Shown: positions 54,151 to 64,000 of the stretch, one piece after another | Numbering within the stretch: the first letter of the stretch is position 1 | Layout of the letters: each line of letters opens with the position of its first letter | NCBI GenBank assembly: GCA_964016885.1 | Contig: OZ024740.1 | Span: 414,780,001-414,844,000, forward strand | From: Eledone cirrhosa | Lineage: Eukaryota | DNA length: 64,000 nucleotides | Reading direction: 5' to 3' | Position numbers and translations under genes: made by a program | Notes under the pieces: model-generated | Database searches by the model: none | What the model saw: the letters and a program-made list of their open reading frames with translations, nothing else | Told to the model about the DNA's origin: nothing

Positions 54151-55120
54151 TATATACACACATATACACACAAACACACATGGCAAATTACTATGGCTGA
54201 TTGCAATAAAAAAGAAAATTAAATACAAAATAGAAGCTCAATAAATGAATAGAACTGAATGTTCTATAGTAAATATGGATATCTTCTGACAGTAAGGATG
54301 AAGCTGACGTGGTTTGCAATATTCCATATATCAGACAGGCTGATTATGGCTAGATTGTCTTTTTATCACAGATCTGCTTGATCAGCACTACTTAAAGGCT
54401 ACACAATAATAACAACTACAACATTGGCTTAAGGCATCAAACAAAGTCATCATCATCATCCTTATGTCCACATTTCCATGCTTGCATCTGTTGGACAGGT
54501 ATATTCAAAGTATTGAAAATTTATCATGATATATCATTATTAGGGTTGAACGCCATGCTTTGCAGCAAAGAGTTACGACCCTTTATGGTCTGAGTTCAAA
54601 TCCTGCCGAGGTTAACTTTGCCTTGTATCCTTACGGGGGTCGATAAAATAAAGTACCAGTAATACACTGGGTTAATTGCTGGCCTTGTGCCAAAAGTAGA
54701 AACAATTATGATCTGAATTCAAATCCTGCCGAGGTTAACTTTGCTTTTCATCCTTATGGGGTCAATAAAATAAAGTACCAGTCATGCACTGGGGTCGGTT
54801 TAATTGACTTTCCCCTCCCCCAAAATTGCTGGCCTTGTGCCTATATAAGAAACATTTATTAAATAATTGTTTCTACGTTAGGCACAAGGCCAGCAATTTG
54901 AAGGGGAGGGGAGGAGTTGATTAAATCGACCCCAGTGCGTGACTGGTACTTTATTTTATCAACCCTGTAAGGATGAACGGCAAAACTAACCCCGGTGGGA
55001 TTTGAACTCAGAACTTAAAGGGACACAACTCTATGCTGCAAAGCATGGTGTCTGACGCTTTACTGATACTGCCAATCCACCGCCCATTGTTAAATAATTA
55101 GATAACATTTTGAGGCTTAC

Positions 55121-55293
55121 TTGTAGGCACACTTAGAATCAGCTGTTCTTGTCATAATAGTCACGTGTGCAATATGACTGATGCTGGCTAAAGCTTCTCC
55201 ACGAAATCCATAAGTTGCTATGGAAGTTAAATCCTCAAATTTTTGAAGCTTACTTGTGGTAAATCTCTCACATACTATTTCCATGTCGTCTTT
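55121..55293 (-). CDS. MLH1: MLH1 coding exon (equivalent to human exons 3+4 fused), GHKL ATPase domain
   Basis: Reverse strand: tttacag|[57 protein letters not shown](K)|gtaag. Contains the MutL signature GFRGEAL. 173 bp = human 99+74 bp. Confidence 0.97.
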
Positions 55294-56802
55294 CTGTAAA
55301 ACAACCAGACAGAATACTTCTATATTAAAACGTTTTTAACCCATTAGCATTTAAACCAGCCAAATCCGGCCAGAATTCTCTCACCTCTTATTGTTTAAAC
55401 CAGCTATAACCGGCTGCTCATACTATGCTAGGGTATTTTTCTCAAAATAAATAATATCAAAGTCTCGTAGATTCGATATTATGTGAGATATATTGTGAAA
55501 TAAAGCCTTTACCATGAAAATACAATAGTAAATATAGAGTAATGTAAATGTTAAGTGAATATAATGTCTCATTACAAAATATTTTGTAGACATATCTTGG
55601 CTCTCCATTCTCATTTATTATACATGCATTTATGTATGTAGGAGTGCATAGACACAAACTAGTCTGCATGTGTGGGTGTGTATATACATGTCAGTTTAAC
55701 CTCGCTACATGACAGCCCATCTAACTTATGTAAGCAGGGAAAATAGTCATTAAACGATGATGATGATGATATATATATATGTAAAAGTTCTATTTAAATT
55801 GTTGGGATACAACAAGCAAATATTTTTATAACACAACAAATATTTGGAGTAAAAATATGATATTAACAAATGGAAACTATATTTATAAAACCATATTTAT
55901 TTCATTATACATATTTCAAGGACACCAAGTTAAATTATGGTGTGCTTTCATCAGATAAAATATAATATAGAGCAGTTTTATAAATAAATATTGACATACC
56001 CTTAAAGAATGCAACCATTACTGTTGGAAGCTCCCGGATAGTGGAGTTATAACTTTAATTATATTATTGGGTAAGTTAGTATTGGATATTTTTAAATAAG
56101 CCGTTGGGTTACGGAGAAAGAGAAAGAGAGAGAAAGAGCAGAACAACAGAGAGAAAAAGATAGAGAGAGAGGAAACAGAGAAAGGAGAGAGAACGAAAAC
56201 TTTAAGTCCTATCTTGTTGAGTTATCTTAACATTTGAGATGAAATAAATAAATAAAATTAGAAATGTTAATAATCATGAATGGAATATACATATATAATA
56301 TGAGAAATTTAACTATTGTTTAAATATGATTAGATGTTTAGTTAATCAGTTAAATATTGAGATCAATACATTAAAAATTGGGATCTATATATTATTATTA
56401 AGACTATATTGTTATAGATCTATATATTATATAACACGTATACACACGCAAAAATACATACATATAAATATATATACACACGTATAAAAATATATATACA
56501 TATCTAACTACGTATATAATATATACATACAAAATATAAAGGATTCTTTAATTCATGATATAGGAGTCTTATAAAATCAGAGAAAGTTATTTCAATGTAA
56601 TATCAAAGCAGCGTGAAGGAAAATTACGTTATTTAGTTATATCAATGTTACAATTGTTAAGATATTAAAGGAAATTTTATGTCATACACACTTTATGTTA
56701 TTAAACAAATTTTTTTCATATAAGTTTTATAAGATTACCTGTTATTTTCTTGGGATAATCCCTATAAATAAGTGCAATCGAATTGTATGGATATACACGT
56801 AC

Positions 56803-57583
56803 TAACCATAATCGTAACAATTTTAACTATTTTAACAATTTTAACAACTATAATAGAAAACCTTACAATAATTCCGAAAGCGGAAAAAGAAATAGAACTA
56901 GGAACATATTATGGTTCGCTCCTCCTTTCTCATTAAATATTAAAACCCCTATTGCTAAACTATTTTTTAAAGCTCTTGACAAATGCTTCCCTAGAACATA
57001 TAGATATTACTCAATTTTTAATAGACATACTATAAAATTAACTTATTCTTCCACCAAAAATTTAGCGCAAAATATTAATAGAATTAATAATAGAAATTTA
57101 AAACCTAACCAAAATACCACTAATAACCCAAGCAATATCCAATTTGATAAATGTAACTGTAGAAATAAATCTAACTGTCCATTAAATAACAATTGCTTAG
57201 CTAAAAATATAGTATATAATTGTAATGTAAAAACTAATTTAAATTCATTTAATTATGTGGCATCCACTTCCACAGAGTTTAAATCCCGCTTCAATAATCA
57301 TAAAAATTCTTTTACAGATCCAAACAAAAAATCTTCAACTTCTCTATCTAGCTTATTATGGGACCTCAAACTAAAGAACGTTGAATATTCATTGATTTGG
57401 AATATTATTTCAAAAGCTACTCCTTTTAACTCCTCTTCAGAAAATTGTGATCTTTGTATAGAGGAAATATTCTTTATATTAAAGACCAAAAATTCCCTGA
57501 ACCTATCGAACAATTTATTCAGTTGCTGTAGATATAGATTAAACTCAACGTTTAAATATAAATTTTTAAAATGTAATATATAA
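56803..57583 (+). pseudogene. Penelope-like element C-terminal linker + GIY-YIG endonuclease (RT missing)
   Basis: RNILWFAPPFS, CNCRNKSNCPLNNNCL, NIVY...YVASTSTEFKSRFNNHKNSF, CDLCIEE, LN motifs. Confidence 0.87.
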
Positions 57584-59180
57584 TTAATTAATTCTATTAA
57601 TATATTGAACCTGTCGATAAATCATTAGATTCCTTCATTTTTTTGACTGCTTATACACTCAAGTAAAAAAAACTTTTCTTCCTAAATATAAATAAATATA
57701 ATAAACTATTCTAGAGAAATATACTGAAAGCTCTTAAAGGGGGAAAATATTTTTTATATTTTTTATTTTTTTTATTGTTTGATAGTTTCTCCTATTTTCG
57801 AAAGTTTATCTTTTGAAAGTTTCTGTTTATTTCTCTTATGGATATAAAATTAAGTTAAATATACGTAGAAAATTTCTATACTAAATCTATTAAACATATT
57901 ATTATTTTGAAATTATAACTTGAAATATTCTATAATATTTTAAAAGTTATATTGTTTTTAAAGTTATATTGCTTATAATTATATTTCCAAATCGTAATAT
58001 AATTCTTTTGTATTTTATGTACTTCAATTATACTATGTACTGTATTTATATATACTTGTCTCTCTATATGTGTGTATATATATATGTGTGTATATATATG
58101 TGTATGTGTGTATTGATATACCTTGCCTCAAGTGGGAAAACCCCCGTCCAAACCCATGCAAGCGTGGAACACGGACGCTAAACCTGATGATGATGATGAT
58201 GATGATGTACATATGTTTTATGCGTGTATGTCTATCTGTATGTATATATATACGTGATGCGTATCTACCTATTTGTGTGGGTACATTTATGTATGTATGT
58301 GTGGAAATTGTGTATGTGTATGTACGTGTATATCCATACAATTCGATTGCACTTATTTATAGGGATTATCCCAAGAAAATAACAGGTAATCTTATAAAAC
58401 TTATATATAAAAAAAAATTTGTTTAATAACATAAAGTGTGTATAACATAAAATTTCCTTTAATATCTTAACAATTGTAACATTGATATAACTAAATAATG
58501 TAATTTTCCTTCACGCTGCTTTGATATTACATTGAAATAACTTTCTCTGATTTTATAAGACTCCTATATCTTAAATTAAAGAATCCTTTATATTTTGTAT
58601 GTATATATTATATACGTAGTTAGATATGTATATATATTTTTATACGTGTGTATGTATATTTATATGTATGTATTTTTGCGTGTGTATACGTGTTATATAA
58701 TATATAGATCTTTAACAATATAGTCTTAATAATAATATATAGATTTCTTAATATATAGATCCCAATTTTTAATGTATTGATCTCAATATTTAACTGATTA
58801 ACTAAACATCTAATCATATTTAAACAATGGTTACATTTCTCATATTATATATGTATATTCCATTCATGATTATTAACATTTCTAATTTTATTTATTCATT
58901 TCATCTCAAATGTTAAGATAACTCAACAAGATAAGACTTAGAGTTTTCGTTCTCTCTCCTTTCTCTGTCTCCTCTCTCTCTATCTTTTTCTCTCTGTTGT
59001 TCTGCTCTTCCTCTCTCTTTCTCTTTCTCCGTAACCCAACGGCTTATTTAAAAATATCCAATACTAACTTACCCAATAATATAATTAAAGTTATAACTCC
59101 ACTATCCGGGAGCTTCCAACAGTAATGGTTGCATTCTTTAAGGGTATGTCAATATTTATTTATAAAACTGCTCTATATTA

Positions 59181-59245
59181 TATTTTATCTGATGAAAGCA
59201 CACCATAATTTAACTTGGTGTCCTTGAAATATGTATAATGAAATA
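59181..59245 (+). ncRNA. Minimal type I hammerhead ribozyme in the pLTR
   Basis: tattttat-CTGATGA-aagcacacca...tggtgtcctt-GAAA-tatgta-TA-atgaaata. 8-bp stem I, AUA triplet. Confidence 0.78.
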
Positions 59246-59399
59246 AATATGGTTTTATAAATATAGTTTCCATTTGTTAATATCGTATATATATATATCA
59301 TCATCGTTTAATGAGGTTAAACTGATAAGATGACCATGTCTTGCTCATATTCTCTGATGATCACATGATCTCTACTGTTGGATGACTTTCCTAACACTA

Positions 59400-60030
59400 C
59401 ACACAAAACTTCCCAGCCAAAACCTAGTAACATCTGCCACATCTACAAAGATATATAGTCTGGTGTTGTTGTGATGAAAGACAAGTGCTGGATGTTATTG
59501 ATGGATTGCTGCATTTAATTTGTCTAGCTGGTCACAGTACACATTTGAATTGATGGACTGTCCATGGGAAAAAGCTCCTAAAAGACAACACCCTTCCAAT
59601 CCCACCAAATTGAGAAGCATAACTTTCTTCCAGTGAAGTCCTGCTTTGGTGGTTCACTGCACTTGCCCCATGTTTGCAATTCACTGTAATAGACGATCAT
59701 TTTTCAACCCCTGTCACTATTTTCTTAAAAAAATAAATAATCTTCTTCACGATTCTGCAACGAATCACAGATGGAAATCGATTGGGTGAGGTTAGCCTCA
59801 TTCAGTTGATGTGGCTCCCGAGCATCTAGCCTGCATAACCAAGTTGATGAAGATGGTTTTCAACACTCCATTTGGATATTTGGAGAATATCTACAATCAT
59901 CCTGATTGTGTAATAGGGATTGGTGTCACTGTTAATCTCAGTTGGCCAGCCAGAGCAAGGTACACCTTGATCCGAAAAAAAAAAAAAGATTGTGAGACGA
60001 TTGTGTATGAAGTGCAATATAATCTAATCT
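59400..60030 (-). pseudogene. Degraded mariner transposase
   Basis: TIRMIVDILQISKWSVENHLHQLGY and KAGLHWKKVML..WWDWKGVV in broken frames. Confidence 0.7.
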
Positions 60031-62906
60031 AATCTGGTTGAGTTTACACTCGCAAATAAGAAGAACAAGGGCCGGATTTGGTGTACTTCATATTTGTTTC
60101 AGTTGCTGAATACAATCAGGGGTCACTGCTTCTTCTGAAGGTCAAAAGTTCTCTTCTAACTCGAGCGGGAGTACCTTTCCATTGTCAATTTACATTGATC
60201 ATCTGCAAAGCCGCATTGTTCTCAGAACCACTACATCAGTCTTTTGATGCGTGCAGCTGAAACTACTGCCATCCATTGATTTGGCAGCAATTTTTTTTTT
60301 ATTTAGATAGCCGTTGACTCTTGTGAGTTCTGCCCTTTGTCAGGTTTTGTTTTTTGTCCTGTAGAGTGTCCCAAATCACCCTCCTCACCAAGTAAACTTG
60401 GTGGGGTTGCCAGTTTAGTCGCCGACAACCCGACTATGCAATATAGTAAGGTAGTAAAACATGGGCACTGAATGTCAAAGATGTGTGAAAGCTGGAAAGA
60501 AATGAGGTGACCAATATTAATGTGCGTGAACAACAGAGCATAAATGCACTGGCAGTAAAACTGGATATAAGAGGAATCAGATGAAGTGTGTAAGAAAGAA
60601 GACTAAGCTGGTATGGACATGTGGGGATGAAAGTTCAGTAAAGAAATGCAAAGTGATTCAAGACTTGTAGAAGAAGGAAACTAAAGTAAATATGCAAAGA
60701 AGTGCAGTGACAAACAATCCAAGTGGAAGGGATAACTGAAAGAGGAAGACTGAGAAACATGATAGGATGTGGTGAAGACTGAATTTGAACCTTAAGATGG
60801 TGATGACAATGAACTGCAATATAAAGTGAAATGCTGTGATGACGAAGAACCATCCAATATATGACAGTATGGAAAAAGAGGTGTAACATTATGATATGAT
60901 GATGATGATGATGATGCAGGGAGCCCAAGACATGCAAACATACATATGTTTCTGCCTAGCAGACAAAGTCTTGTGCAACAAGTGGTGAGATGCTATGCTA
61001 GAGATCCAATACAAGCAAAGTAAATTATATGTAAAAGTTATATGTAAAAGTTATATGTAAAAAGATGGTGCTGATGATACACGAATACATGTTTTTAATT
61101 GGAGGTAGACAGGTTGTGTAGTTCATCACAGCTTGGTGAGATTGGAGCAGTTGGTGCTCAGCTTGAACTTCAGTATGTTGATGCTTCTAAGAAAAATGGA
61201 GGTAGGGGAGGAAGTCCAGAGAACTGAGTGTTTTTCTGGGGGTGGTGATAGGGGTGAGAAGAGTGGTCTTTTGGATGTCTCACTGAGAAGCGAAGAGATG
61301 GTACATAGTTCAGTGAAAGAGAGGTTGTTGTAGAGATAAGAAAGCAAACACCATAGAGCTAATCACTGTTGGGTGTTGATGAGTGAATCTTTACAAACTA
61401 GCTAAAAGACCTTTTATTGGAAACAGCCAAGGATGTTTCTGCTAAGAGTTAGCAACTGATTAGGGCTGAAATATTTATGGCTCTCAAAAGGAATCCTAAT
61501 ATATGGGATGTAGTTTTGGCAATGTTATAATATAGGATTATGAGTCATTTGTAAGGATTTAGTAGATTTAGTTGTGTATTGTTGGATTTGTGATTCCTCA
61601 ACCTTCTTGACAACTGAAACTGCCTCTGATTCTACAATACAAAACTGTTTATTTTAAAGTGTTTACATTTATCTAAAAACTTCATACAATGATTTTATGT
61701 AAGAACCATTGTTAAGACATGTCCCAGAACACTAATTTAACAATAAACAAGTTAATTGTTAATTATTTTCAAAATGATTTTAAAATTATAGGCAGTGTTT
61801 TTATTAGAAATATGGTAATGAAAGGATTAATATTGGTAGTCAGAGTGTCTTAGTGTTGTTGAAAGTGTCTCAGCTATCATGTCCTTATTGGAGGATATTT
61901 TCAAGGTGTGTTCATGGAACAGTGCAAATCTGGTATGGAGATATCTAGGTTGATAATGGATGATGTCTGTGTGTGTGAAATGTTAACCCTTTTGATTCTA
62001 AGTCACCTGAAACCTCCCTTGGTTCTAGCATGCAAAGCTGTTTGTTTTATAATGTTTATATTTATCTAAATTCCATCAAAATTTATGTAAGAACCGTTGT
62101 GCTCCAAACACAAGCTTAATAATGAACAAGTTCCAAATCCTTCCAAATTATTGATTATTTTCAAAATCATAAGCAATGTCTTTCATTAGAAATATAGTAA
62201 TGAAAGAGATGAGGGAGAATGAATGGTGGTACCATCTACATACAAGTGTGTGTGTATGTGTGTGGTTAGCAGTAACAAAAGTAGGTCTTTAAAGTAGAAA
62301 AGGAAGAATGGGAGACATAATTAAACCATGAGAAACACTACAATTGATAGAATATAAAAGATGGAAGGCTTTGTCAATGTGCACAGTAAATTGAATAACA
62401 CTTTATCCCTGCTAGTATTAGATATATTCTGCTTGGTATTGACTATCCTTCTGTTCCATATCTATTTTTTACTAGTTATTTTAGTTAACAGCTACTTCAC
62501 TTATCACTGAGTAGCATTGCCAAGATCCATCCTTTTTTTTTAAATCTTAATTGTTTAGTTGAAAAAAAAAAAGGAGGTAATGGCCTTGAAACTTTCATAT
62601 CCATGGCCTTTGCACATCCTCTAAAACATGGTTGATGTTCACTTTCAAGGTTTGTAAGTTAACATCTGTAAGGAAAGACATGTGGGCAGAAAAGGAATTC
62701 TCAAGGGTTGACAATATGGGATAGAAGGATTGGAAATAGTGTTTAGTGTAGAAGTTGGAGAGTGAAGCACAGTATGAATGACATGTGGCATGTGGATAAT
62801 ATATAGATGTATCAGGTGTGTCTGGCTGGAAGTGGTATGCCTCTAACTAGTTGAGAGGAGTAGAGGTCTTATAGTGGTAATGGAATACGTAAAGTAAGGA
62901 GACAGT

Positions 62907-63206
62907 CTTCTTCTTCTTCTCCCACTTATTCCTGAAAGGGTTGTGGGGACAGAGTCCTTAAACATTCCTTCCAACGGGTCCTGACAGAAGCAATCATCTC
63001 CAACTAATCCAGCTGGATTCCCAAGCGAGTCCAGCCACGCCCAAGGATGTTATCTAACCATCTTGCTTAGTGTCTACCCCTCGGTCTCCTGCTGGTTGGT
63101 TTTGCTACAGAATGGGTTGCAGAGGGAGGATAGCAATATAGCCACCAGATATGATGGCTATAAGAGGGCAACTGCCGGACGAATAAGCAACCCTGGACCA
63201 ACAGCG
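62907..63206 (-). mobile_element. Short RTE-type insertion with a (GAA)n tail and 13-bp TSD
   Basis: TSD gtaaggagacagt at 62894-62906 and 63207-63219. Encodes RRPRGR..ARWLDNI. A related fragment lies at ~44310-44470. Confidence 0.75.
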
Positions 63207-64000
63207 GTAAGGAGACAGTGTAGTGTTTTAATAAGTGAGTTTTTGTGTGCAGTATCAGTTCCTCTGCCAGGAGTAGGAATAGTTATTGCAGGGCTCAATT
63301 TAGCTTTATAGAGAATCAGTATCTGAGGAGGCTGGGTTTGGTGGTGACAAAAAGATTAAGGTTGTTTGAGTATCTGAAAGTCAATCAGGATGAGAGATAA
63401 TAAAATTGTTGCTGTGGATGGAGGAGTTTGAAGCATGGCATCATCATGGAAACAAGGTGAATCATACTAATATTTGAAGAATGTGAAAAAATATAATTAA
63501 TGACATATCACACATTTTATGAAAAAACTGTTTACTGAGGAATCCTCTATGAAGTCAATCAACTGGCTACAAATAGCAACAAAATCTCCCTCAGATCACA
63601 CCCTAACATCATAAATAAAAAATTGAGACATTGATGCAATCTTTGATACAGAAAAAGATAGGATAGGTCTGCTCAACTAAGGTTAGCCAAGAACTAAACA
63701 GCATCAACAGTAACAATGGTATACTGAATATATTTTACAAAGAAGATGCTTAATAATAGATGAATGTGAATTTTAGAGAAATACACATTTGTTGGAACAT
63801 TCGATTAATTTCTACATTGAAAATGGATTAATGGAATTTGGAAATTTGAACTTATTTCTTTTTATTTATGAGAAAAGACAACAAATATTTTCAATTTATA
63901 AAATCTAATAATTTCTTATATTGAGACATTTAACAAATGAATGCAGAAACATAAAAATAATAACAACAACAATAAAACTATTTTATTTTGATTAATTGAC

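Larger units (their letters stand above)
55781..59285 (+). mobile_element. 5'-truncated Penelope-like element with an inverted ~945-bp terminal repeat
   Basis: Arms 55859-56802 and 58322-59284 flank the GIY-YIG ORF. Hammerheads at 59181-59245 (+) and 55898-55962 (-). (TA)n on both sides. Confidence 0.9.

Noticed and set aside
60165-60210. Possible MLH1 exon 2 (IDNG-like peptide on the minus strand)
   Set aside because: An in-frame stop lies immediately upstream and there is no GGLK.IQ motif. Exons 1-2 probably lie beyond the window.

Overview
AT-rich, repeat-dominated animal genomic DNA, most likely an octopod cephalopod (inferred from the SINE/RTE families and dense (TA)n/(CAT)n tracts). 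The only host gene I can support is MLH1 (mismatch repair), on the minus strand. Five small GT-AG exons (55293 down to 21853) match human exons 3+4 (fused), 5, 6, 7 and 8 in length and phase. The rest is intron or flanking DNA: an ~8 kb 48-bp minisatellite split by a CR1-type LINE fragment, several RTE LINE copies (one near full-length, one with a ~925-aa open 5'-truncated ORF), two tRNA-derived SINE families, TTAA piggyBac-type MITEs, a tandem non-autonomous Helitron pair, mariner remnants and a 200-N gap. The most striking signal is a set of about ten (TA)n-embedded fold-back insertions from several unrelated families, one of them flanking a Penelope-like GIY-YIG ORF. They share one architecture: one arm has a tail and the inverted arm stops at an internal TA microhomology. 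Most carry minimal type I hammerhead ribozyme motifs, three families with a compensatory U3:A8 core. All calls are by eye, and repeat boundaries are approximate.
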